A stretch of DNA of 64,000 bases, from the IMG/VR virus record IMGVR_UViG_3300017650_000009. One strand, 5' to 3'. The notes beneath the pieces were generated by a model. The model was given only the letters and a program-made list of their open reading frames with translations. It was not told where the DNA came from and searched no databases. The first letter of the stretch is position 1. Each line of letters opens with the position of its first letter. The translations under genes and the position numbers were made by a program. This stretch comes from a virus (taxonomy: Duplodnaviria; Heunggongvirae; Uroviricota; Caudoviricetes). Shown here piece after piece: positions 18,839-27,603 of this stretch.

Positions 18839-20059
18839 ATGACATTTCATTTCCCAAAGCTTGCAACAGTTGAACCATTGCTTGCAGCTATCATTGATAT
18901 GCCAGAGATCAACGTAAACGAGGATCATGAGAACGGTCTCGGCGTTGTCATGTATAACGTGGCATTTGAGGAAACCTTCCTTAATCCATTTGCGACGGAT
19001 GATCCTGCAGAACGTGCACGACGTATTCTTCTACGTGAAGCGCGTGGCATCAAGTTTGATCTCAAGACTAAGCGCATTGTTTCTCGTCCATATCACAAGT
19101 TCTTTAATGTGAATGAACGCGATGAAACTCAAGCGCATGTAATTGATTGGACTCAGCCACATATCATCTTGGAGAAACTGGATGGTTCCATGCTTACGCC
19201 ATATGTAAGTCCATCTGGTGAAATCAAGTGGATGACTAAGCGTGGTGTAACAGAAGTTGCAAACAATGCATTGGACTTCTTCCACAAGCACCCACACTAC
19301 GAGGATTTCTGCCGTCGTATGTTCAACAAGAATTTGACGCCGATCTTCGAATGGTGTACTCGCCGCCAGCGGATCATCGTCGATTATGGTCCAACTGACC
19401 GTATGGTTCTTACTGCGATTCGCGACAACGTTTCCGGCGATTATTTCCGCTACGATGATATGGTTGGCATCGCACGAGACAACAATCTGGATTATGTTCG
19501 GAAGTTGGACTTCACTGTAACCAACGTAAACGAATTTCTTCAGCAGACTCGAGAAATCGAAGGTGAAGAAGGTTACATCGTTCGGTTCGATACCGGTCAC
19601 ATGTATAAGGTTAAGGGCGAGTGGTATTGCCGCTTGCATAAGACTTTTGACGCGCTCCGTTTCGAGAAGGACATTATCCGTTTGATTCTCGAGGGTCAGC
19701 TGGATGACTTGCGTCCGTTTTTGATTCCAACGATGTTGTCGGCAGTTGATCTGTTCGCACATGACATTCGCGTTGGGTTGCGTTCAAATGCACTAGCTAT
19801 CGTCGATTACGCAAATAAGTATCGAGGAAACACTACGAAGTTTGATTTCGTCAAGCTAGTACAAGCCGATGCACAGATGCAGCCGTTCAACACCCATGTG
19901 TTCCGTGCGTTTGATCGCGATTTGAATGTGGATGAAGTTTTTGAACAGCTTGTGTTTAATGTGTTGAAGAAGTCTCATACGCAGACACAAGTTGACGAAA
20001 TTCGATTCTTGTTCGGCGGAAAGAATTGGTATGACTACACTAGTATGCCAACAGAATAA
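18839..20059 (+). CDS. RNA ligase 1 (T4 Rnl1 family)
   Basis: REARG, KFFNVNE, EKLDGS (motif I), FEW, EGYIV, KVKG.WY. Confidence 0.92.
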   Translation: MTFHFPKLATVEPLLAAIIDMPEINVNEDHENGLGVVMYNVAFEETFLNPFATDDPAERARRILLREARGIKFDLKTKRIVSRPYHKFFNVNERDETQAHVIDWTQPHIILEKLDGSMLTPYVSPSGEIKWMTKRGVTEVANNALDFFHKHPHYEDFCRRMFNKNLTPIFEWCTRRQRIIVDYGPTDRMVLTAIRDNVSGDYFRYDDMVGIARDNNLDYVRKLDFTVTNVNEFLQQTREIEGEEGYIVRFDTGHMYKVKGEWYCRLHKTFDALRFEKDIIRLILEGQLDDLRPFLIPTMLSAVDLFAHDIRVGLRSNALAIVDYANKYRGNTTKFDFVKLVQADAQMQPFNTHVFRAFDRDLNVDEVFEQLVFNVLKKSHTQTQVDEIRFLFGGKNWYDYTSMPTE

Positions 20060-20885
20060 ACCATTATGGATATTGGAGCGGGCTAAGAAGTCCACTCCAA
20101 TTCCATTCCGTGATTCATTAGTATCACTGGAACAAGCTCTAGTAAATGCAGGCATACCTTATGAGTTCGCCCATCGTCCATTAATGGAACAATACACTGT
20201 GATTTCCGATCATGCACGGTCGTATGAGGGACCAGTCATAGTTTATGGTTCTCTTCATTTTATCCGAGACATAAAGGGTGTTGCCTTTTATCCGGGAGCA
20301 TTTGGATACATGGGTACTGATTATTTTAATGTCATTTCCCATGTACCACGCGAGTGGCTCGTCAATAGTGATTTCAATATCACGACTTTCGGAGAGTTTA
20401 AGCGGAATTTTGAATATTGGTTCAGAATATTAGGCACTGAAGAATTGTTTGTTCGCCCAGTATCGGATAAGAAAATATTCTCCGGTGATACAATTGATCT
20501 TGATTCAGTACGCAATAATGAATCACTATTTCATTACAATGAGGTAGCTCCCGAAACACCCATTATCGTCGCTCGATATCAAATGATTGAAAACGAATAT
20601 AGATATGTAATATGCGATCGTAAAGTGGTTGCCCGATCAAACAGCATTTACCTGTTCAAGCTAAACGAAAATGAAATAGAAGAATGCGATGCATTCGCCG
20701 AAAAGGTAGCAGCTCTTGACTGGCAACCGGATACTTGCTATGTCGTAGATATCGGCTATACTTTAAATGGCGCGGCTATTGTTGAGTATAATTCATTTTG
20801 TTCAGCAGGACTATATGGGGCAAATGCAGAAAAAATCGTTGAAGCACTATCTAATAAAGCGATTCAGCTTTATTACGAAGTCTGA
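20031..20885 (+). CDS. ATP-grasp domain protein (DUF4343-like)
   Basis: FVRPVSDKKIFSG, EYR, YVVDIG, IVEYNSFCSAGLY. Confidence 0.75.
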   Translation: MTTLVCQQNKPLWILERAKKSTPIPFRDSLVSLEQALVNAGIPYEFAHRPLMEQYTVISDHARSYEGPVIVYGSLHFIRDIKGVAFYPGAFGYMGTDYFNVISHVPREWLVNSDFNITTFGEFKRNFEYWFRILGTEELFVRPVSDKKIFSGDTIDLDSVRNNESLFHYNEVAPETPIIVARYQMIENEYRYVICDRKVVARSNSIYLFKLNENEIEECDAFAEKVAALDWQPDTCYVVDIGYTLNGAAIVEYNSFCSAGLYGANAEKIVEALSNKAIQLYYEV

Positions 20886-21273
20886 TGGGCTGTGGCTAAG
20901 ATACTGGGAACGCAACTCATTGGGTCCGTTGCGACTCCGCAATGGCGAGTTAATCGGCCAAACCCTTCAATGCGATGATTTCCATTTGCGTGTCTCAAAA
21001 AGTTTCTGGGGTTTATTTCGTAAACCCACATATCCGGTTCGTTTACCCGATGATATGAAATTCCTTATCGATCATGAGAAATCCGATCTGTTCAAACGAG
21101 GATGGTCATTTCGCGAATACACGAAAAACCTCAAAGACGTTGTGCAACTTGACGCCCACCTCTATACGAACGAGATGATAATCATGTATGATGATTTTGC
21201 TGATTATAAAGATGAATTCATACTAACATTCGGTAATAGTCATGATGCGGTGCAAGCAAAGCTAACCATATGA
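20767..21273 (+). CDS. hypothetical protein, F-x4-DA-x2-KL family (start uncertain)
   Basis: C-terminal LTFGNSHDAVQAKL. Confidence 0.55.
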   Translation: MARLLLSIIHFVQQDYMGQMQKKSLKHYLIKRFSFITKSDGLWLRYWERNSLGPLRLRNGELIGQTLQCDDFHLRVSKSFWGLFRKPTYPVRLPDDMKFLIDHEKSDLFKRGWSFREYTKNLKDVVQLDAHLYTNEMIIMYDDFADYKDEFILTFGNSHDAVQAKLTI

Positions 21274-21743
21274 TAAAATTCATCAAATCGTTCCGTGAAA
21301 GACGCAGGTCCCCATATATTCATTACCGTTTTGATATGGAACACGTGAATATCGAGTTGATCGAACGACAAGGATATTTCTATGATTGGGTTTCTGATTT
21401 GGAAATACAGATCGATGATCTCAATTTCATTGAGTGGCTCAACAATAATATAAAGGGCAAATACAGCATTCAATTCAATGGTTACCATGGCAGTCAGTTC
21501 ATAAGAATGATGAGTGCACTTTGGGGTAATGGAAAGTTGGCCCCGGATGATCGAAATATGGTAATATCATTTGGCATGGAACAAGATGCAATACTTTTTC
21601 GTTTGACATTCAACAATGCAAGGTCAGTTAACTATCCAACTGGTCTTGATTCGGACTTGGTTGACACGATTAAGAAAAAGCAATATATGCTAGGACAGAA
21701 GGATTCTATCCGAGCAAAAAGGAGAAATAAATGGAAATTCTAG
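21270..21743 (+). CDS. hypothetical protein, F-x4-DA-x2-FRL family
   Basis: WLNNNIKGKY...ISFGMEQDAILFRLTF. Confidence 0.65.
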   Translation: MIKFIKSFRERRRSPYIHYRFDMEHVNIELIERQGYFYDWVSDLEIQIDDLNFIEWLNNNIKGKYSIQFNGYHGSQFIRMMSALWGNGKLAPDDRNMVISFGMEQDAILFRLTFNNARSVNYPTGLDSDLVDTIKKKQYMLGQKDSIRAKRRNKWKF

Positions 21744-22315
21744 CAGGTCTTAGCGTGGCAACGCTGGGTATTATTGGAGCGATTGTTGTTGCTCTTCTCA
21801 TTACGTTTTTCATCGGACGGTCCTACGCTGGTTTCATTGTTGTATCGGCGATTGCGCTAATCCTGAGCCAGTGGACCACAGTGCCGATTATCACTATTCT
21901 CTATGAGAATTTGTTTACAACGATCAAATATGGCGTCGGCTATATATTGCTGGGCATTCTCTGGACCCTAGTTGCGTGGTACATTCTCGTGCACAAACAT
22001 GCCGCTCGGTATGCTGATATTCGAGCAAAGCTTTTGCCAGAATTTCTCAATGCGGTTCATGCGCAGTCATTGACCCCAGATTTGTTCGAGGCGTTCCGAC
22101 AGTACGTCTATAAGAACGGTCATATTTCGGCAAAGTATCAAAGTCCTTCAACGGGGCTGATGGTCAGCAACATTTTGTTCTGGCCGTTCGCGATCATTGA
22201 GTTTGTTCTCGGTGATGCTCTCATGGCGCTTGCCCGTGCGATTCGAGGACTGTTCGGCAATGTGTACCAGCGTATTCATCGCCATGCATTTCGAAAGTTT
22301 GATGAAATCGCATGA
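21731..22315 (+). CDS. membrane protein
   Basis: several hydrophobic segments; AAGGAG SD; TTGACA at 21661. Confidence 0.75.
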   Translation: MEILAGLSVATLGIIGAIVVALLITFFIGRSYAGFIVVSAIALILSQWTTVPIITILYENLFTTIKYGVGYILLGILWTLVAWYILVHKHAARYADIRAKLLPEFLNAVHAQSLTPDLFEAFRQYVYKNGHISAKYQSPSTGLMVSNILFWPFAIIEFVLGDALMALARAIRGLFGNVYQRIHRHAFRKFDEIA

Positions 22316-22743
22316 AAGAGCCCAACTGTGTAGTTTATTGCTCATATGCAAGGGGAGTCACCTACGAGGGTGACTTTCCTTCGTTTAATGAGAAACTTTA
22401 TGATAAATTCAAGTTGTTGGGGGTTCAGTTCTATTCAGAAAACAATCTTGATGTCGTACGTACGGCTGAAGGACGTATAGTCCCTTATATCGTAGAAATC
22501 CATCCGTATTCGAATGTGGTGTCGTTAGTTGGTACAGAAAGTAACTTACCAAGTTCATATCATACCGAGTTTTCATCATTTGGAAGGCCTCACTTGGTGG
22601 CAATATCCGAATGTATTAGCGGTGGTACAATCATATTCGGTATTGATCATCCATCATACTCGACTGAATATTGGATTGTTCGTCCAAATAGCATCGAACC
22701 CGTAAACATTATTGATGCCATCATAACGGCCAAAAACCTATAA
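22312..22743 (+). CDS. hypothetical protein
   Basis: ATGA overlap. Confidence 0.55.
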   Translation: MKEPNCVVYCSYARGVTYEGDFPSFNEKLYDKFKLLGVQFYSENNLDVVRTAEGRIVPYIVEIHPYSNVVSLVGTESNLPSSYHTEFSSFGRPHLVAISECISGGTIIFGIDHPSYSTEYWIVRPNSIEPVNIIDAIITAKNL

Positions 22744-22800
22744 TATTGACTTTTGGGGTCCTCTAGTTGTATCTTAAAAAGAAAAGACTAGAGGACTATC

Positions 22801-23256
22801 ATGCCTGCAACCTTTATCCCACAAGTCGGCAAACAATACGAATTAACGGCCGAATGGACAACAGATCTTTCGTGGGCCAAGCGCAATCTCGTACTCCTAC
22901 GGAATCTCAAATATACTGGAAAGAAAGCCCAACTAGTGGGCAAATATTATGTCTATAATAAGACAACTGGTCAAATTGATTATGACGAAAATGGTAAAGC
23001 AATAGTTGAAGAACGCTTTATTAATAAAACGGTACCCAACCCATTGTTCAAAGATGATGAAGGAAATATGGTTCCTGTTAGTGTGAGTTTCCCTAAGAAC
23101 TCAGTTATAGAGTTGACAAAATACCACACATCATATAACGGTTATATAAGTTTTGTTTGGCTCAAAGTCATCACATGCAGTGATAGCAGATTTACAGGTC
23201 GTTGCATTGAAGTGAATTTAGAGCAATTCAATGGAGTGGAGCTTAAGGAAATATGA
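22801..23256 (+). CDS. hypothetical protein
   Basis: GAGGA SD; promoter TTGACT-N18-TATCTT 22746-22775. Confidence 0.7.
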   Translation: MPATFIPQVGKQYELTAEWTTDLSWAKRNLVLLRNLKYTGKKAQLVGKYYVYNKTTGQIDYDENGKAIVEERFINKTVPNPLFKDDEGNMVPVSVSFPKNSVIELTKYHTSYNGYISFVWLKVITCSDSRFTGRCIEVNLEQFNGVELKEI

Positions 23257-23672
23257 AATTCAGGGTTGAAAGTCGAGGCACCATAAAGGGTATCACACCC
23301 CGTGAGAAACATGTCATCATTAGCATTAGCGATGATGTGGATATGCAACTCAATGATGTGGGCTCGGACACAACCCAAGATGTTCTTTTCCTTCATTTTC
23401 ATGATACAAACGATTACAAACCGGGCTTCACTACCTTTAATGTAGATCATGCTGATAAGATATTGGATTTTTACCAGCGATACGTGGGTGAAACTGAAAT
23501 GTTCATTGCCCATTGTTATGCAGGAATGTGTCGGAGTCCAGCTGTTATTGCAGCTTTACAGAAGATCAACATGGGCAATGATGATGTTTGGTTTAAAACC
23601 AAGCGTCCAAATAGTTTGGTTTATAACATTCTACTTATGCGCGCATATGAGCGTGGGATATATAAGATCTAA
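23253..23672 (+). CDS. protein-tyrosine/dual-specificity phosphatase-like protein
   Basis: HCYAGMCRS (HCx5R), FHD, PN. Confidence 0.85.
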   Translation: MKFRVESRGTIKGITPREKHVIISISDDVDMQLNDVGSDTTQDVLFLHFHDTNDYKPGFTTFNVDHADKILDFYQRYVGETEMFIAHCYAGMCRSPAVIAALQKINMGNDDVWFKTKRPNSLVYNILLMRAYERGIYKI

Positions 23673-23989
23673 TGGCCAGCATTCGAAACCGCATATATAA
23701 GACACTGCCATATTCATTCCGGGTTTGTCGCCGTGGCAAAAAGTCTGATTTTATCAATGTATTCAATCCGTATATTCAGTTTGATAATGTGATGACCAAT
23801 TTATTTGGTACTCCATTTATCGTGCAATGTGCTTCACGGCTACGAGATGCAGAAATTTGGAATAGACGCTATCCCGACGCTGTATGGGTTCGTGTAGGTA
23901 ATGAATATTTCTTCAGAACAGAAGAATTGATGAACATAGCCAAGGCAACATTAATCCCGCCGTTTATTCTGACTAAAAGAAAATATTGA
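23672..23989 (+). CDS. hypothetical protein
   Basis: TAATG overlap. Confidence 0.55.
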   Translation: MASIRNRIYKTLPYSFRVCRRGKKSDFINVFNPYIQFDNVMTNLFGTPFIVQCASRLRDAEIWNRRYPDAVWVRVGNEYFFRTEELMNIAKATLIPPFILTKRKY

Positions 23990-24020
23990 TTTTCTTTGTT
24001 TAAAAGTGTTAAATAGAAAC

Positions 24021-24107
24021 ATGAACACACATTATTAGCACCACCCAAGTCAAGCGCGTGATCCTCCTTTCGACTCACTCTATGAGATCGAAACAAAGGA
24101 GAAACAA
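24021..24107 (+). promoter_or_regulatory. leader minigene MNTHY(UAG) with in-frame QARDPP extension and anti-SD hairpin
   Basis: ATG 24021, TAG 24036-24038, frame stays open into ATG 24108; CTCCTTT 24064-24070 pairs with SD AAAGGAG 24095-24101. Confidence 0.5.
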
Positions 24108-24410
24108 ATGAACACGATTATACTTGACACTGAAGACGATGACGACGATGATGATTTCCTTCTTGGAGATGATTATTGGGAAGATCTCGCTTTCCCCGAA
24201 AAAATCAAACAACAATATGAAGGTTGGTATCTTTTAAAGATTGCAAACTTTACGCCCTCCATGCTAAAAGAAATTAGACAGTGGATGGTCGACAACTGTA
24301 CTCGCGGACAAGCCAAGGATGTCGGTTGGTATTCTGGTTGTGCATATAGCGTTGGTGTTGTTATTGAAAATCCAAAAGATGCAATGCTATTTCGGTTAAG
24401 GTGGAATTAA
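24108..24410 (+). CDS. acidic hypothetical protein, DA-x2-FRL family
   Basis: poly-Asp N-terminus; WMVDNC...IENPKDAMLFRLRW. Confidence 0.7.
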   Translation: MNTIILDTEDDDDDDDFLLGDDYWEDLAFPEKIKQQYEGWYLLKIANFTPSMLKEIRQWMVDNCTRGQAKDVGWYSGCAYSVGVVIENPKDAMLFRLRWN

Positions 24411-24781
24411 TGACAGATTATCTTGCAACTGCAATTCTCCCAAATGAGACACGGGTTACTCTCATTGAGAGTCAAGATAATGTGATTAATTCAAAAATCA
24501 TTGCAGAAATCCATTTACATTTACCCTATCGGATACCACGCAAGGATCTAGAAATATCTAATATTGCAGCTCTTGAAGGGTTGTCAAAATTACAAGCAAT
24601 ATCTGAGCGTCAAGCACAAATTGAAGAATTTCTCAACTCGACTGGACCTTGTAGATTTTCAGATTCCACAAAGTCGGGTTTTGCGAATTTCAATAGCAAA
24701 GGTGTATGGGCTTATTTCATGGGCAACATATATACAAGGGATTTGAAAATAATTACCGGACTTAAATTGGTTTTCGGTTGA
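24410..24781 (+). CDS. hypothetical protein
   Basis: TAATG overlap; ends LKLVFG. Confidence 0.55.
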   Translation: MTDYLATAILPNETRVTLIESQDNVINSKIIAEIHLHLPYRIPRKDLEISNIAALEGLSKLQAISERQAQIEEFLNSTGPCRFSDSTKSGFANFNSKGVWAYFMGNIYTRDLKIITGLKLVFG

Positions 24782-24834
24782 CTAATAAACGGTCCCATAA
24801 TAACGTATGGAAACATTAACAAAGGAGATACAAA

Positions 24835-25320
24835 ATGTCGTATTAGCAAGCACTAGCAACCCGAGCTCATAACGGGACAAATGAAGTTACCCTCCAGGGC
24901 ATTCCTGCCCAATTTGAAGATCTTGCAGCGTTCGAAGCAGCAAGTGATACTCTTCGCATTTACAGCATTATTCGTGGTGATCTAGAAATGACACCAGGAA
25001 AGATGGCAAGTCAGGCTTGTCATGCTGCGAAGAACTGTGCTATCCTGGCCCAACAGTATGCGCCAGACCTACTCCAGACTTATCAGGGTTTGGATTTCAT
25101 TGGCACTCAAATCATCCTCAAAGCAAAAAACGAACAAGCCATTCTCCGTGCATATGAAGAAGCAAAGTCTGCTGGTCTGATCTGTTCACTTATCGTTGAT
25201 AGCGGTCATGTCATGCTTCCGTATTTCACTGGCGCGCCTATTATCACTGGTCTTGGTATTGGTCCTTGCACTAGAGAGCAAGCTCATTCAATCACCAAAC
25301 GTTTTGGAGTAGTAGGATGA
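24835..25320 (+). CDS. pth2: peptidyl-tRNA hydrolase type 2 with in-frame TAG at codon 4
   Basis: AAGGAG SD then ATG TCG TAT TAG CAA; same frame gives IYSIIRGDLEMTPGKMASQACHA...IVDSG...TGLGIGP Pth2 signature; promoter TTGACT 24778. Confidence 0.8.
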
Positions 25321-25631
25321 GTAGACTGTCTCGCGCACTTGAAGCATATAAAGCAATCCTTATGGAACCACTCCAGCCGGGTGAAGTAAAATTCACCCCT
25401 TCCCCGAGTGAACACCTTAAGGATAAGAAGTGGAGCAAAGAGCTTCGTTTAATGTGGCCGGATTATCGTCGAGTTGTTATCACAGATACTCGATTTTACA
25501 TGGAAAAGAAAAAGTGGTGCGAAGAATTTGCAAACTTTTACTGGGTCGCAGGCAATCAAACACATTGGCATTTTTCAGATCATAAGAGTGCTGTAGCTTT
25601 TAAATTATCCTTTGGAGGGAACATCGAATGA
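25317..25631 (+). CDS. hypothetical protein, F-x4-xA-x2-FKL family
   Basis: KWCEE...WHFSDHKSAVAFKLSFG. Confidence 0.7.
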   Translation: MSRLSRALEAYKAILMEPLQPGEVKFTPSPSEHLKDKKWSKELRLMWPDYRRVVITDTRFYMEKKKWCEEFANFYWVAGNQTHWHFSDHKSAVAFKLSFGGNIE

Positions 25632-26164
25632 GCGCTTACAACATGAAACCAACTTTTCGCACTCAGACTGAATACAGCGCGTGGCTCCGTAATTGGAGTG
25701 AGCTTTACCGTGAGGTAACCCAGCGTATTCAGAAACTCAAACTTGAGGTTAAGACACTTCAGCGTTCAGATCATACATCAGCTGCAGAAGCTCAGAAACG
25801 GTTACGTCAGGAACGTGCAATGGGTGCAAAGGCTATGACTCTACTTGAGGAAGCAAAGATTCGTTGGCAGAACATTACTTCTATGCATGAGGGAATTGCG
25901 GAGCAATTTGCAAGTTTTCCGCTTGTACTGGAGGATTGTCGCAATATCGATTTTCACTTCAACAAGAAGCATTTGGAATTTCCGGATATCGTCCCGATGT
26001 GGATTATAAAGGCCAAAGGGAAATCGTATTACGTGAGTCATGTTGATTGTGAAACTGCATGGACCACTCGAGAACAGCCAAACAACCCAAGCACTAAGGG
26101 TGCAATCCGTATCAAGCGTGGTAACATCCATATTGATGCTGAAGGTGCTGCTCGAATTTACTGA
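25628..26164 (+). CDS. hypothetical protein with N-terminal coiled coil
   Basis: GGAGG SD, ATGA overlap. Confidence 0.7.
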   Translation: MSAYNMKPTFRTQTEYSAWLRNWSELYREVTQRIQKLKLEVKTLQRSDHTSAAEAQKRLRQERAMGAKAMTLLEEAKIRWQNITSMHEGIAEQFASFPLVLEDCRNIDFHFNKKHLEFPDIVPMWIIKAKGKSYYVSHVDCETAWTTREQPNNPSTKGAIRIKRGNIHIDAEGAARIY

Positions 26165-26171
26165 GAACTGG

Positions 26172-26211
26172 TTGACACGCTCGTCTGCCTATGTTAGATT
26201 GAGCGTGTTAA
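26172..26211 (+). promoter_or_regulatory. sigma70-like promoter embedded in an inverted repeat
   Basis: TTGACA-N17-TAGATT; TTGACACGCTC...GAGCGTGTTAA arms. Confidence 0.65.
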
Positions 26212-26231
26212 TTTAGAAGAGCGGAGTAACT

Positions 26232-27497
26232 ATGAAGAAGATACCCTTACATAGTCTGGTACTAATGGTCGGCCCATCGGGCGCTGGCAAGAGCACCATT
26301 GTTGAAGAGCATTTCACTGACTACGAAGTCATTAGCTCTGATGCAATCCGCCACGAACTGGTTGGTGAATTCCAACGTCAGGACGTTAATCAAACAGTGT
26401 TCCAGGAACTCTTCCGTCGTACACGTTTGAAGCTGGAATTGGGTGAACGAGTGATTGTGGATGCAACAAATTTGCGTCGACAGGATCGCATGGCAATTGT
26501 AGAGATCGGGACAGAAATCAATGTTCCAATCTTTTACGTTGTTGTGAACCGTCCACTCGAGGAAAAGCTCAAGACTGCTGGATGGCGTGAAGATGTTCCT
26601 GGTCTTATTGAGCGTCACGATAAGTTATTTTTGGATAACGAACGTGACATCCTAAGGGGTGATGGTTTTGCAACTGTCATCGACACTCGAAAGGAAGAGT
26701 TCCGTACTATCGGAAAGCTTCCATTAGGAGACATTGGACCACATGTTTTGGATCTTGGATTCAAGGGTGTGATGGCACTCGGAGATGTGCATGGTATGCG
26801 CGAATCACTTCGTAGTGCGATGGAATGGGCAACTGCTCGCAACTTGTTCATGGTCTTCCTCGGTGACATCATCGATTATGGTCCAAACTCTTTGGAATGT
26901 GTGGACCTCGTGCATGATGTTATCATCCGTGGTCGCGGTGCAATGACACTCGGTAATCATGAGAAGAAAATCGAACGTTGGTTGGGCCAGGACCGCAAAG
27001 GAGAAGTTAAGCTGAAGTTGAGCGATGGAAATCGGGCAACCACTCGGCTAGTGCAGGCACTGGGTTCTCTTGAACGTACTCGGTTCGAAAATAAGTTCTA
27101 CTCGCTGTTGAACTTGTCCAAGAACCACATTTTGCTCGGCGATATCATGTTCACGCATGGTGGTGCAGAGCCCGAAATGTTCAAGACCACAGTGTCAAGA
27201 CTTCACGGCCGACTCGAAAGTATTGCTCTTTATGGGGAAGTTGATCCCGTTAACAAGTTCAATGCTGATGGCTACCCAAATCGTATCTACGAATGGGTTA
27301 ACCGCATTCCACAAGGAAAGCAAGTCATTGTGGGTCATGATATCCGTAGCACGGTAAAGCCACTTGTGGTTTCCGGCGCTAAGGGAGGTGAAGCAATTTT
27401 CTTGGACACCGGTTCAGGAAAGGGCGGACAGCTTTCGACCGCACATATCATCCACTCGGATGGTCGTTGGAAGGTTGAAGCATTTTCGACTCACTAG
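26232..27497 (+). CDS. polynucleotide kinase-phosphatase (P-loop kinase plus metallophosphoesterase)
   Basis: GPSGAGKST, SSDAIR, VDATN; GDVHG, GDIIDYGP, GNHE, THGG, GHD, LDTG. Confidence 0.9.
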   Translation: MKKIPLHSLVLMVGPSGAGKSTIVEEHFTDYEVISSDAIRHELVGEFQRQDVNQTVFQELFRRTRLKLELGERVIVDATNLRRQDRMAIVEIGTEINVPIFYVVVNRPLEEKLKTAGWREDVPGLIERHDKLFLDNERDILRGDGFATVIDTRKEEFRTIGKLPLGDIGPHVLDLGFKGVMALGDVHGMRESLRSAMEWATARNLFMVFLGDIIDYGPNSLECVDLVHDVIIRGRGAMTLGNHEKKIERWLGQDRKGEVKLKLSDGNRATTRLVQALGSLERTRFENKFYSLLNLSKNHILLGDIMFTHGGAEPEMFKTTVSRLHGRLESIALYGEVDPVNKFNADGYPNRIYEWVNRIPQGKQVIVGHDIRSTVKPLVVSGAKGGEAIFLDTGSGKGGQLSTAHIIHSDGRWKVEAFSTH

Positions 27498-27532
27498 GCA
27501 AGGGTGAGCCGTAAAAAACGGTTGCCCTTGCC
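27498..27532 (+). terminator. hairpin after PNKP
   Basis: GCAAGGG...CCGT-aaaaa-ACGG...CCCTTGC. Confidence 0.5.
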
Positions 27533-27603
27533 GCAGTAATAACTATGGATAACATACTTCAACTAAATATGAGGTAAGAAGTCCTAAAACTTTGGTGAGT
27601 AAA

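Noticed and set aside
24807-24872. Alternative-frame uORF METLTKEIQNVV... supplying pth2 by frameshift
   Set aside because: Its ATG directly follows the predicted -10 box so is probably not transcribed, and no obvious slippery site
24988-25320. ORF-track start for pth2
   Set aside because: Removes the first conserved Pth2 strand and has only a weak SD
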